64,000 bases of DNA from Octopus sinensis (GCF_006345805.1 NC_043002.1:34162001-34226000); one strand, 5' to 3'. Counted from the stretch's first letter, positions 1 to 13,180 are shown. Translations and numbers: made by a program. Notes: generated by a model not told the origin, from the letters alone.

Positions 1-348
1 ATGACCTTCAGGAAATTGTACACATAAACAAACACAGACACACACACAAACACAGGCGCACACAAGTGTGAATAAGCAATTATTATTTATAATTTATGAT
101 GTACATTCATACACACATTCACGCCGGCATGCAAACATATGTATGTATGTATGTATGTATGTAGTATGTATGTATGTATGTATGTATGTATGTATGTATG
201 TATGCATGCATGCATGTATGTATGTATGTATGTATGTATGTACTTGTGTGTGTGTGTGTGTGTGTGCGTGTATTTATATGTATATCCAAGATGATGCTCC
301 AGTTTGGCAGCAGCCCAAGTAATATGTGTGTGTGTCTATACATATATG

Positions 349-380
<32 letters not shown>

Positions 381-431
381 TGTATGTATGTATGTATGTA
401 TGTATGTATGTATGCATGTATGTATGTATGT

Positions 432-676
432 ATCATATTTGTCGGGCATGTGGAAGAGAGTGTAATTCGGCAGGAGGACTTAAACGACATGCAAAGGTAC
501 ATGAAGCCCAGGTACAACTACAGTCGGCTATTACCAGTAAAGGTTTTAGTTGCCAATTTTCTACAAGACATTGTAGATCTTTAGCTGGGCTAAAAAGTCA
601 CATTCGATCACAGCACCAGTAACAGTTAAGCTTCGTGCAATGGCCATACTCGATAACGAGGTGCAGCCATAATAAT
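432..676 (+). mobile_element. 3' end of an RTE-clade LINE (two C2H2-type fingers plus short 3' UTR)
   Basis: CRACGRECNSAGGLKRHAKVH...CQFSTRHCRSLAGLKSHIRSQH* followed by GGCCATACTCGATAACGAGG and an (AAT) tail; embedded in (TATG)n. Confidence 0.6.
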
Positions 677-828
677 GTATGTATGTAGTTATATATGTAT
701 GGCCACGATCTCCCATCTTTAAACGGATTAATAAAACTAAAGTATATATATATATTATATATATGTATATGTGTATATATATATATAAATATATATATAT
801 ATATTATTTATATATATATTATATATAC

Positions 829-917
<89 letters not shown>

Positions 918-919
918 CG

Positions 920-953
<34 letters not shown>

Positions 954-1002
954 TAGATATAGATATATATAAACGCATGTTCACATACAGATCTATAAAC
1001 AC

Positions 1003-1055
<53 letters not shown>

Positions 1056-2879
1056 TGTGCGTGGGTGTGTGTTTGTAGGTGTAGGTGCGTCGATATGGGT
1101 GTGTGTTTGTATGTGTGTGGGGGGGGGGATGTTTAATAAATATATAACACGTTAAATAGAACACTGATTTGTGAAAACGTGTATTGAGCTCGTTAAATAG
1201 TTTTGTACTGATAAAACATTTTTTAACCCGCCTCTCTCTCTCTCTCTCGCTCTCCTTCCTTCTCACTTCGTCACACACACAAGCACGAACACTCACGTAC
1301 CCACAAACACGCACATAAAAACACAGAAGCACACGCAAACATGTACATACAAGCACACACAGATACGCACGCAGGCGCAAAATACACTGAGTAACGCACA
1401 CATACACAATCATACTAAATAACGTATGCACATACATTCACCCTTCTGACGCCACTGACGTTCGACCAACCGGAAGTAATCGGTTTAATATTTTCAGCCT
1501 ACATTGAACTGGCTCAAAGAACGTTTTTAAGTACTTTTGTTTGTTTGTTTGTTGTTCAAGTTATTGTATATATTTGTTGAACGGTCATGTTGTGGAGTCA
1601 ATGATTCCATAAAGATATTCACACACAGGGCGGCAGCAGGGGCAATAAGACCAGCAGGGGCGAGCTGGCACAAACTGTTTATTCTCTCTTCCGTTGCTTA
1701 CGACGCCATGTGAATTACAATGGATTCTACTAGAAAACTGAGTTACTATTGTTAATTACTGGTGTTTAGTGATTGCCTTTTGTCATGCTTTCCTTAAGAA
1801 AATTCCAGAAATGTTATGCTACTATGGTATTTATTGATACATATTAACTATCTGTGTATGTGTGTATCTATCTGTGTACGTTTGCGAGTGTAATATGTGA
1901 GGTAGTATCACTGATCGTATCATTAGAGTATTTTTAATAATTAGCGGGTCGGCAAAGAGATTCCGATATAATAAGTCCCAGTATCTCTCCTTTTTCAAGT
2001 GGAGCTGGACATAATTACTATTTGGAAATTATAATATTATATCTTCTAGAGGCGGAGATAAGTTTAATAAATCAGAACATTTTGCTGTAAGGTGTTTAAC
2101 GTAGCAGTGTTTTTCCTTGTTGTTCAAATACACGCCACTAGCTACTTCGAGTTATTTCTCATGTTTCTTTACATGTTTCTTTACAAATACCCCTCAAGGC
2201 GATGCTCCAGCATGGCCGCAGTCCAAACACTGAAATAAGTAAAGGAGAAAGATTCTATTCTTGAAAGAGGTCCTTCTACATGAATCTGACAGGTCATATT
2301 GCTACCGAATTAATACGATTATATTGCTGGCCCTTAGTAGAAAGAATATCACTACTCGTATGCCATTGTCAAGCTACCGACCATGTACCCTGTCCAGTTC
2401 CCCCGACATCACAGTAGTTATGTGTAAACTCCAGTATTACAGCGATAAATAATCCTTTCTGCTATAGACACAAGGCCTGAAATTTTGGTGGAGGGGGATA
2501 TTCGATTACATCGACCACAGTGTTTCACGGATACTCAATTTCTTAACCTCGGAAAGCTGAAAGGCAAATTCGACGGGACTAGCTATGATATTTATAGTCA
2601 GTTGTGTGTGAGTGTCATTAGTGGTGGTGTGAGTGAGAAATGGATAGTGGAAGCAGATATAATAGTGTAATGATAGCTTAGTGTCTTATGATGTGATGAC
2701 GAACGATGGTTGGTAAAATTATTGTTGTTGCTTAACCCTAGTCAAATATACTTGTTCAAATTTGCTTCAGTTGTCATCATTCCGTTCTTGGACTATATTT
2801 ACCCCCATATATCCTACCATTTTTAAAACTGCAGGGTGCAATTTGAAGGATACTTGGTTGCTGTTTCTAGCATGTAGAG

Positions 2880-3231
2880 CAGGGGTTTACAACCTTTTTT
2901 TTCCTATGGCCCCATTTGATTATTATTTTATTCTGGTGGACACCCATAATCATTCGATGATTAAAAATTGGTTTTAGAGAAGCTTCTATTAAAACTCCTA
3001 TTTTGTTTTTCTCACATTAACTTGTGTGTTTGTTGAACTATGTAAAACGTTAGAGAAAGAAACCTGATCTGTTTCTTGCAACACATACCAATACATACAC
3101 CTAAAGCCAAATTTTTTCAATGGCCCTTAAAATACTATTGTGGATCCCCAATTTACTATTTTGTTGTGATGACCCCAAAACATCTTATATAGACCCTCAG
3201 GGGCCATACGGACCCCGTTTGAGAACCACTG
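2880..3231. mobile_element. hAT (Charlie-like) MITE, 352 bp
   Basis: Termini CAGGGGTTTACAACC / GTTTGAGAACCACTG; 8-bp TSD ATGTAGAG / ATATAGAG with central TA. Confidence 0.75.
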
Positions 3232-3515
3232 ATATAGAGGAACGTAACAGAGACGTCTCGTATTAGTTCAATTATTGGTAGCTGTGTGAGTATATGACTG
3301 TAGTAGTGTGGTGATATGACTATGACAGTGTGGTAGTGGTAGCGGTGGTGACCGGTGACCTGTAAATCTTCAGATTCTTCAGATCAATCCGTTATATTGG
3401 CTATGGGTTCGTACCAACCGCACTCTCCAGATCAAATCTATTTTGTGTCCTTGTAATCTATCTGGAGTCATTTGGGCTAATCTCCCTTTTTTTCAGTACT
3501 TCAGTTTTATTAATC

Positions 3516-3726
3516 CTCTTTTACTTGTTTCACTCATTTGACTGCGGCCATGTTGGAGCAACGCCTTTATAGTCGAGCAAATCGACCCCAGAGCTTATTC
3601 TTTGTAAGCCTAGTACTTCTATCGGTCTCTTTTGCCAAACTGCTAAATTACGGGGACGTAAACACACCAGCATCGGTTGTCAAGCGATGCTGGGGGGACA
3701 AACAGACACACAAACATATTCACACA

Positions 3727-3796
<70 letters not shown>

Positions 3797-3963
3797 CATA
3801 TACGTAGGGCTTCTTCCAGTTTCCGTCTACCAAATCCACTCACAAGGCTTTAATCGGCCCGAGGCTATAGTAGAAAGTACTTGTTCAAGGTGTCACGCAG
3901 TGGGACTGAACCCGGGACCATGTGCTTGGTAAGCAAATTACTTAGTACACAGCCACTCCTGCA
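3516..3963 (-). mobile_element. tRNA-derived SINE family A
   Basis: Head GCAGGAGTGGCTGTGT... with A/B-box-like motifs, internal (TA)n/(CA)n tract and AGTAAAAG tail; about 9 copies in the window. Confidence 0.85.
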
Positions 3964-4169
3964 TCCGTTTAAAGATGGGAGATCGTGGCCACACATATAT
4001 AACTAATACTAATCCACATTACAGTACAACACCCACATATCTGGAACAGAACAGCTGTTGCATAAACAGACATTCTACGTCTCCCCTCTCCCCCGCCGAT
4101 CTATGAAGAAAATACATATTTTATTTGGTGATTATAACAATATAGATACAACATGGGTTATCAATTACT

Positions 4170-4390
4170 AAATATTGGTTTCAAATTTTGACACAAGGCT
4201 AGTAATTTTCGTGGGAGGGCTAAGTTTATTACAACGATCCCAGTGTACAACTGATACTTGTTTTATCGACCTCGGAAAGATGAAGGGCAAAGTCGACCTC
4301 GGAGGAATTTGAACTCAGAAAGTAAAGACGGACGAAATGCTGCTAAGCATTTTGTCCTGCGTGCTAACGATTCTGCCAGCTTGCCGCTTT
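4170..4390 (-). mobile_element. tRNA-derived SINE family B
   Basis: Head GCGGCAAGCTGGCAGAATCGTTAGCACG..., central GAGGTCGACTTTGCC.TTCATC.TT...GGTCGATAAAA block. Further partial copies at about 2445-2580 (-), 15025-15200 (+), 26320-26530 (+) and 60440-60525 (-). Confidence 0.8.
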
Positions 4391-5825
4391 AGTTTGTAAA
4401 TATTGAGAGTTATAAACATATGTATTAAATCAAGTTATAAAATTAGGCCCATGGGGGAACCTTTTCAGCAGCATAGGATGAGGATCGAACCACTTTGTTT
4501 AGAGCTTACTTACTTTCCCATCACACGAGTAAAAGTTGTGGAAGACGAAGTACTGTAAATATGATACAACGACACTATCTCGAAGAAATATGCCGAAAGT
4601 GAAGGGAAAGGAAACGTAAGTTTGCAGGAATAGAAGTGCGATCATTTTACGGCTGCTCATTATACTTTCATGATGATGATGATGATGATGACGATGATGA
4701 AGAGGAGGAGGAGGAATCCGAAAGATGTTCTTGGAGATGAGTTTGTATAAGTGAGTATCTATTACGTCGTCTGATGTGATTTGTTTTAAATGCTAGATAG
4801 AATTTATAGATAGAAGAGCTTAAAAATGGTTCAATTACACGACAAAATCCATAAATCAAGCTACTTCCAGCTACTGGACAACGAGCGGAATTCAGTTTGG
4901 AGCGAATCAACTTCAATTATATTCAGCACATGTACTATTAACACTGTGTACTATCAAATCCCTACCAAATTTTACAAATGAACCTTTAAAAAGTATTTTA
5001 AAAAAACAAAGTATGAAAAAGCAAAAAAAAATCCATGGTATTGTCATGGCAGGAAATTTTCATCAGGATTAGGACTGACCTAGGTTTAAACAATAACAAT
5101 TATATAAGCTAACTAGATTTTTGTGTTTCTCGGGTTGTATTTGAGTTATTAAGTTGTAATTAGATCGAGTAAAAACATCTTTATTCTTCTGTGTTCTTTC
5201 TGGTGAAGTCATGGAATGTGAAAGATGAATACTATGGGAAGTAAAGATAGTAGAATTAACTGACTGTATAAAGTTATATTCCACGATTCACTGGTGTATA
5301 TAGTTGAGTACAATACTTAACTGTTGTCCATAAATCGTGGCCATAATTATCTGGATTCAGTACATTAAATTGCCCTATATATATATTTTCTCCATCTTTG
5401 TCTTATGTAACAATATCATGAGTTTAACTGTTGTACATGCAGAATGTAGCACTCTTAGCTGTCAGATATATGTATGTATTATACTTCAATGTAGTTTAAT
5501 GCTGTTATATAACAGCCAATAATCGATATGTTGAAGATATCACAGCGTTCACAACGCGAAATGCAAACACCTCTTTTGTATCTCTCTCTCTCTCTCTCTC
5601 GCTCGCTCGCTCTCTGACTGTGGTTCACTCAAACGACGCCTTTGACCTTAAACGTTTAATGAGATACAATAGCTGGCGCGAACCCATAACATTCACACTT
5701 CATGTGTAATACAAAACCATTAAAAGAAATGGAAACAATAGAAAAAAAGACAATGAATTGAAGCAAGAGAGAAGGGAAGTGTAGAATATTTTGAAATAAT
5801 TCGAATCAGTGTTGTAAAGAATGAA

Positions 5826-5876
5826 TTTATTCATTCTTAAAATACTTCAAAAGTTTTTCTTCAATAAATTTATTGA
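5826..5876 (-). terminator. Candidate eve polyadenylation signals
   Basis: AATAAA on the minus strand at 5831-5826 and 5874-5869, about 350-390 nt past the eve stop codon. Confidence 0.4.
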
Positions 5877-6219
5877 CGTCTGGAATGTTCGACAGTCATT
5901 GCATAGACTGACGTAAAGAAAGCTGCAGAACAGCAGTGAATAAAAGCAACGACTTCATTAGTTGATAACATTTTTTTTACAGAGACCAAAATATATAAAT
6001 AAAAAAGATTAAAAGAGGAAGATGGGAAAAGAAGCGTTCCGTTCAAGAGTTATGAAGACAAAAACTGGATAAGTTGCTCAAACACAGCATAGTTTATAGT
6101 TTCCATCTTCGAAATTAATCTTTAATACCCGTTATGTTTCGTGGTTTTGTTTTAAAATCTTTTTAACATTTTTTTCTTCTTATATTTCAAAGAAACTACT
6201 TTGTTAGGATTTTTTCTCA

Positions 6220-6804
6220 TCAACTCTGATTCTGGATAGATGCGACTGTGTGCGAACCCCCTGTGTTGAGGACACTTGGAAGACCAAGGTTCGGATGTTG
6301 CAACATACCTTGATGAATTCTGTCCGAGTAAGGGTGTGGACATGTACACGGTTTACCTGGGGTCGAACCGGGACAAAGACCTAAATTTTGAGCGTTGAGC
6401 AAGTGAGACGCATATGCGTGGGATTGTAAGCTTAAACCGCATGTAAGTCCCGGATGAAAGGTTGCAGTGGGATGGTGAGGTTGCGGGTGGGAGGTGATGG
6501 CAGCAGCTTGGGTTGTGGCTGCCTCCAGTGAAGCCAATGAACGTGATAAGGGTGTTGTGAGGGAATGCAGCAGTTCGGGACGGCGATGTTGCAGTGGACT
6601 GACGGGGGTCATTTGAGTTGCTGGAACACGAGGTAAGCCCAAAGTTGGGTAAGCCAGCTGTGCATGCGCAGCGGGTAAACCATAAGAATAAGACGACATT
6701 GTTGCCGCGAATAGGGCAAACATGTTTGGGTCTGGAACACCGAATGGCCATGCTACGGCCATTCGTTGACGTTTGTCCTTCATTCGACGATTCTGGAACC
6801 AAAC
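6220..6804 (-). CDS. eve: even-skipped/Evx coding exon 3 (VWFQNRRMKDKRQRMAVAWP...QNQS*)
   Basis: Acceptor cttttctgtctttcag| at 6805, phase 0. Helix 3 VWFQNRRMKDKRQR and the following AWP motif are typical of Evx; RPELL motif; TGA at 6222-6220. Spliced CDS is 241+161+585 = 987 nt = 328 aa. The C-terminus is uncertain (internal donor, see findings). Confidence 0.93.
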   Translation of the reverse strand, partial: VWFQNRRMKDKRQRMAVAWPFGVPDPNMFALFAATMSSYSYGLPAAHAQLAYPTLGLPRVPATQMTPVSPLQHRRPELLHSLTTPLSRSLASLEAATTQAAAITSHPQPHHPTATFHPGLTCGLSLQSHAYASHLLNAQNLGLCPGSTPGKPCTCPHPYSDRIHQGMLQHPNLGLPSVLNTGGSHTVASIQNQS

Positions 6805-7177
6805 CTGAAAGACAGAAAAGTAGTCATTTACAAACTACACACACATCAGGTGTCTCAGAACTTTGATATATTTCTAATATAATTAAATAAAGGATATTAA
6901 AAGATGTGTTATACACTCAAGATTTTATATATAAGGGCGAAATCATCACTATATATAATATACTGCGTATATTTTTATACATACTTTCTTGTGAGTAGCA
7001 ATTAAACATTTGAAACTGTGGAACTTGTTCCACTTTACACGATTTACTTTCTAAATCATTCAACACGAGCTCTAAATTATTCGACACGAGTGGCGATCGT
7101 ACCGTTACTTTTTTTTTTTGTATTCTAAATTTGATTTTACTGTCTTCTTTGTTTCATAGTGCTTAACTAATGTTTGT

Positions 7178-7391
7178 ATTCTTTTATTCTTTTACTTGTT
7201 TCAGTCATTTGACTGCGGCTATGCTGGAGCACCACCTTTTAGTCGAGCAAATCGACCCTAGGATGTATTATTTGTAAGCCTAGTACTTATTCTATCGGTC
7301 TCTCTTGCCGAACCGCGAGTTGACGGGGGACGTAAACACACCAGCATCGATTGTCAATCGATGTTGGAGGGACAGACACACAAATATGCAT

Positions 7392-7422
<31 letters not shown>

Positions 7423-7598
7423 CCCACACACACACATATACGACGGGCATCTTTCTGTTTCCGTCTACCAAATCAACTCACAAGACTTTGGTCGGCCCGA
7501 GGCTAAAGTAGAAGGCAATTGTCCAAGGTGCCACGCCGTGTGACTGAACCCGGAACCATGTGGTTGGTAAGCCAGCTACTTACCACACAGCCACTCCT
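7178..7598 (-). mobile_element. SINE family A in eve intron 2
   Basis: Full-length homolog of the 3516 copy. Confidence 0.85.
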
Positions 7599-8592
7599 AT
7601 GTTCATAAATTTTGATGATCAAATTAATTTTCTCCTTTTTCTCATTGATAAATCTAATGCACTATTTGTCATAAACATATATTTCATATGCTATATGTAT
7701 TTCTATTTATACTTATTCAGTTATTAGCTTTTATTTTTAACTTACAGAGAGGTATAATGTATTCAACTTTAGTCTATTTACTAACTACACTGCATGCATG
7801 TATTTCTGTATTTTCCCATTTAATCAGAACAAAAACAGAAATAATTTGAAATTACAGATTGAAAATTCAGAAGGCCAAGGTGGTATATCTATACAAGAAC
7901 TATTGTTCATCAAGAACTTTTGCGGTGAATGTCATAGATCTGTACGTTTGTACCTCTTTCCCAGAATGTGTCAAATATGTTGTAAATACGCAGCATTTGC
8001 AGAAACTAAACCTGTTGTCTCTTGAAAACCTTTTGTAAATGTATGTAGCTTGTTTGTAAGATCATGAACCCATGTATAAATTTGCATATACATCTACAAC
8101 ATTTGTGAAATTAGGTAGAGCACCTATTGTAGAAAAATAACATAATGTAGAATAACAAGTGCCTCACGGACTACAACGTATTGTACATGTTAAATGTAAT
8201 CAAACTTGCATAATATTTAGGGAGTGGCAAATATAATTTTCTTATTTTCCTGTTATTTTGGAATTCTTATTTACAGCCTCATACTCTCATTAGTAACTTT
8301 CATAGTGTATATTTTTCTACAATATCTCCATCATTATTGATGTTGTCATTATTAACGGTTCAGGTACCCTGCTGTATGTATGTGTGTCATACTGTACGTA
8401 GATATGTGCGCTTGTGAGTACGGGTGTGCCGGTGTGCATGTGTATGCGTGTGTGTATGTGTGTGTGTGTGTGTGTGTGTGTACTAATGTAATTACATTTA
8501 TATGTATAGATCTAGTTGTGAGGGAATATGAAGATAGATGTCTTGATGGATGAATAAAGAGAAAGACAAATAGAAAATGAAAGAAAGAAGGA

Positions 8593-8640
<48 letters not shown>

Positions 8641-8840
8641 AAAAAGAAAGAAAGAAAGAATGAATGGAAGAATGAATGGATGAATGAATGAATGAGCGAA
8701 TGAATGAATGAAGGGAGAGATTTAAAGAGTCGAAGAAATGAGTGTACGGAAGCAAATGTCGCCGGATATAAAATGAATATATCGGTTAAAAAAAAATATA
8801 AATAATAAAAATGAAAATACAGAGAAATAGAGTTATCTAC

Positions 8841-9001
8841 CTTGATAGTGCTCTCCGGCAACTGGAGGTCAGCAGCTAATTCACAACGTTTAGGTCTTGA
8901 TAAATAGTTCTCGCGACTAAATTCTTTTTCTAGTCGTGATATTTGTTCTTTTGTGAAAGCTGTTCGATAACGTCGAGATTGAGATTCATCTACTTTGATT
9001 T
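8841..9001 (-). CDS. eve: even-skipped/Evx coding exon 2 (homeodomain residues 1-46)
   Basis: Encodes [54 protein letters not shown], the Eve-class homeodomain signature ([33 protein letters not shown]). Acceptor tttatgttggcag| at 9002; donor AAG|GTAGAT at 8840. Confidence 0.97.
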
Positions 9002-9186
9002 CTGCCAACATAAATAAAGAAACAAAACATCAACTTTAATGTCTAATACATTCACAGTGGTTACTTATAATGGGATTAGCTTTTGCAAGAAAGTGGTAGT
9101 GGTGAATGTGTGACAGAGTCTCTGCAAATACGATACACTTTTTGATTAAAATTTTAACATAATGCACATACACGTTTTGGATTATA

Positions 9187-9590
9187 TATCTGTAAATGCA
9201 ATATGTGACAATTATTCGGTAGCCATGATAAAACTCAGAGTTTTGAATGCCGAGGTGAAAAACCACGCCGCCATCTCTTCAGTTATCCGGCCATCGGAAA
9301 AATGCTATGAAATATGACCGTTATTCAAAGGGAAATTACAGTGTGATTGACCGTTATTAAGACAAAAGAGCTATTTGAATGACCGCTAAGTGAGAGAAGG
9401 GAGTAAGAGTAAGGGGGTAAAATGTTCATAGTATCCGCGTAAGCGCGCGTGTTCATACCTACACATGCGCGCCCTCACACCCACGTGCTACCGAATAATT
9501 ATCACATATTGCATTTACAGATAACTTCCTCTATTTACATAATTCCGAGGTCTCTTTCATTCTTTTGTTGTCTTACCATTTTTATCAATA
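9187..9590. mobile_element. Penelope-derived fold-back element with a degenerate hammerhead (same family as 28114-28610)
   Basis: 37-bp inverted repeats at 9187-9223 / 9487-9523; hammerhead relic on the minus strand at 9227-9287; clear homology to 28114-28610. Confidence 0.65.
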
Positions 9591-9646
9591 TATATATAAT
9601 ATATATAATACATAATATACTATATATATATATTATATATATATAT

Positions 9647-9751
<105 letters not shown>

Positions 9752-9990
9752 TAACAATTGAGGATGAAATCTTTAAAAGAAATTATCAGTAGTCAGCGTG
9801 AAAAACCTCGTAAGAGAAAAAATCCGTAAATTCTTCCTCTTTGAAAATATTCATTTATATTATATTGAGGGTACTACTATTCGTAGATACCAACACGCTA
9901 AGAGGGACCAATGCGGTCAAAACTACTAAAAATAAACAAAATTTTACCGAATGCAAAACTTCAAAACACATCATTTTAAAAAAGAATTCA

Positions 9991-10056
9991 GTTACATATC
10001 ACATGTGATTTCGCATTTAAATGCAGAATATGCATTTTTATGTTCATCAGTAACTG
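9991..10056 (-). ncRNA. Inverted copy of the same hammerhead (sense to eve pre-mRNA), helix I disrupted
   Basis: Exact reverse complement of 10493-10552, beginning at C3. The 5' arm of helix I is replaced by the inverted-repeat arm. Confidence 0.6.
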
Positions 10057-10486
10057 AATTCTTTTTTAAAATGATGTGTTTTGAAGTTTTGCATTCGGTA
10101 AAATTTTGTTTATTTTTAGTAGTTTTGACCGCATTGGTCCCTCTTAGCGTGTTGGTATCTACGAATAGTAGTACCCTCAATATAATATAAATGAATATTT
10201 TCAAAGAGGAAGAATTTACGGATTTTTTCTCTTACGAGGTTTTTCACGCTGACTACTGATAATTTCTTTTAAAGATTTTATCCTCAATTGTTAATTTATA
10301 TTTTTCACCGGAATAGTTCAATACTGAATTTTTATTCCGAATAGACAATTTGTTACCGAATGCATTGCGAATAAGCCCGCCATTTTCATAGATATGTAAA
10401 GATAACATTCGGACATGCTACGACGAATTCTACGGTTGGCTATCGAGCTTGTAATGTTATGTTTTTCTCTTATATTTCTTGAGTTT

Positions 10487-10552
10487 GTTGCACTGATGAA
10501 CATAAAAATGCATATTCTGCATTTAAATGCGAAATCACATGTGATATGTAAC
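10487..10552 (+). ncRNA. Minimal type I hammerhead ribozyme (eve intron 1, antisense to eve)
   Basis: Helix I GTTGCA/TGTAAC; core CUGAUGA (10493-10499); 13-position helix II with an A.C first pair and two A.A mismatches; GAAA (10531); 12-nt perfect palindrome ATCACATGTGAT as helix III; AUA cleavage triplet (after 10546). Confidence 0.8.
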
Positions 10553-10707
10553 TGAATTCTTTTTTAAAATGATGTGTTTTGAAGTTTTGCATTCGGTAAA
10601 ATTTTGTTTATTTTTAGTAGTTTTGACCGCATTGGTCCCTCTTAGCGTGTTGGTATCTACGAATAGTAGTACCCTCAATATAATATATATATATATATAA
10701 TATATAT

Positions 10708-10754
<47 letters not shown>

Positions 10755-12869
10755 ATATATATATGCATATGAACAACTTACACACATGTTATTTAATAAC
10801 AGTTTCACTCGGCTCCATGTAACTTAAAGCTTTCGTAGGCTCCAACAACGACCCCAACTTGTCAGGCATCTAAAGATAAAGTTGTATCTCTAAATGCAAT
10901 TTTAAGATGTAGGGAGGTGAGTCAACTTGTTATTTAATAATATCTGTAATTCCTGCGAAATGCATTGAGTGAAACTTTCTTTCGTTTGTACACACACACA
11001 AGTGCACACACACACGCACGCATACACACACACACACACACATACAAACACACACACACACGCACTCATGCACGTACCCATACGCACATGTGTTTACGAA
11101 TTGTAAATACATCGCTCTTTAATAAATGCGTGATTAAGAAAATCGTTACAACTCAATTTTTTCTCTCACCCCCAGTAGAAAAAGTGGAAAAGACCTAGAT
11201 AGTTCCTTGTCTTATTTTCTTTTTACCTTTTTACCCCTAATTTACTTAGCAGTTGATGCCCTGACAACATTGACAAATTAGTTTATTCAAAGTATATAAC
11301 CTAATTCAATCAACAGCACCCAATTGGGTATCATTTAAGGATTCTATTGCTAATGCAACGCTACGGCTGCAGTTTTTCACAAATTTCGTGAGTGCATCAA
11401 AATATAACAACTTCATTTCCGAATTCCTATACGTTTCAATAGAACTGTCTTTCTCTACCTGTTCTATTCTTACTATTTTGAATGTCATAGTGCTGCATCA
11501 GATGCAGGATTGAACGCTTGACTTATCTGGTGACCGTTGGAAATACCTGCAGGTTTACAAATTTTGATATTATATCCATATTAAATATGATATACGAAAT
11601 TCTATCCTGAACCAATACTGCTTCTGTCGCTATTAACGAATTATACTCATCCCACCAGCTTTTGCGACACCACTGATTTCTTAATCACTGTTTTTCAAAA
11701 TCAGTGCAAGTGAAATTTGCCTAAGAATGTAGTTGATAGTACTAAAACGCAAATTATGATTTAGCAATTCCACCACAGCTTGTGGTCGCTTTTCGCCTGC
11801 TACTGGTACACATTTGTGCTTTTTAGCCCTATACGTCTATACGACTTGCTTTCTCAAGATGAACATTGCAGTTTTGAGGCTTTCGATAGTAGATCCATGC
11901 TAACCATATCCAAATATTTCCTATTACCAGCGTTCTAATTCATTAGTGAAGTTTGTCAGTCGTTTCAACATTCCAAGTTTAAAAGCAGATTAATAGGTCA
12001 GTTGTACTTGGCTAGACTTTTATCTATTCTCAGTTATGGTCGTGTGTCAGAAATACTGACTTCTTTTTTCTCCAAATGGAGCTTTAGAAGATAAAAGGTT
12101 TCCTATGTATTGATGGGAAGGGAATTAATAGAAATGGTTTACCATTTTGAAGCTCTAAACAATTGTCCAATTAATAGTACCTGGTGATATCGTAAAAGAT
12201 AGATTTTAATCAACGAAGCATGCTGAGCTATGATCTTTTAATCGATAATAAGTTAGTCTCCCTCACCTCTCAGTCGCCATTAGCAGGCAGACGACGCACA
12301 AGTATTAACGAGACAAGGACGTCTGCAGAGTGGAAATTGTCGACACGGTTACAATTCTCTAGAGACCTGCAGTCTGAGTGATGATCGACCGATTTGGCTG
12401 CATTATTATTGTTGTTGTTGTTATTGATGATGATGGTGATGATGATGCTACTCAAATTATTGGTAATGATGGTATTTCTTTCTCTGTACAATATTTTGTT
12501 TTATGTTCTACACAGATTTTCAATAAAAATCATGGCAGAAAGAGTTGAATAGTGATTTATATATATCGACAAAAGGCTCACATACGCAAATAGAATATAC
12601 AAATATTACCTTCCACGACCCTTTATTACTTTATATAGAGAACAAATTTTTTCTAAGATTTAAAACAATAGAAATATTGGAATTGAGATGTTTCTAGATT
12701 GATGAGGGTTAGTATATGGTGAAAGGCGAAACTGATCTGGGGAATAATATATATAGGTGTAGGCTGTTTAAGCAAATTTAATTGAAGTTGGCTGAACAGA
12801 GAAGACAGTTTTTAAAAATAAGGCGAAATCATATAAATGGAATTAGGGGATTCGAAATATCGAAAATGC

Positions 12870-13180
12870 GATAAGATGTTTGCTTCCCAATCACGTGGTT
12901 CTGAATTCATTCTCATAGCGTAGCCCCTTGAACAAGTGTCTTCTGCCTTGTGGATGAAAGAAAACCGTCCTATATAATATATGTGTGTGTGTGTCTTCCT
13001 CCACAATCGCTTGAAAACCGGCGTTGGTGTGTTTACATCCCGTAACTTACCGGTTTATCCAAAGAGACCGATAAAATAAGTACTAGGTTTTGAAAATGGT
13101 ATTGGGTCGATTCATTCAACTAAAAAGTTTTCAAGGCGGTGCCCCAGCATGGTGTTGGTCTGATGATTGAAACAAGAAAA
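12870..13180 (+). mobile_element. Diverged SINE family A in eve intron 1
   Basis: Degenerate head plus 3' half (GGCGGTGCCCCAGCATGG...GAAACAAGAAAAGA). Confidence 0.7.

Noticed and set aside
326-622. C2H2 zinc-finger ORF as a host zinc-finger gene
   Set aside because: The start lies in a microsatellite, the fingers lack TGEKP linkers and an RTE-type 3' end follows; it is a LINE terminus.
68-1437. ORFs rich in YI/MYVC/HT repeats here and throughout the window (e.g. 13183, 17535, 33093, 40682, 57226)
   Set aside because: Translations of (TA)n, (TATG)n, (CA)n and (TCTA)n microsatellites; no coding signal.
4668-4916. Possible fourth eve exon
   Set aside because: No convincing phase-1 acceptor and no Evx-like motif; the end is a GAT/GAG microsatellite.
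8352-8840. 219-aa ORF as a complete homeobox protein
   Set aside because: Only 8841-9001 is exon; the rest is intron read-through into (TTTC)n/(CA)n.
13155-13180. CTGATGA-TT-GAAAC as a hammerhead (similar chance hits at 24452, 58207, 58380 and 5059)
   Set aside because: No helix II or no GAAA/UH arrangement; they lie inside other repeats.
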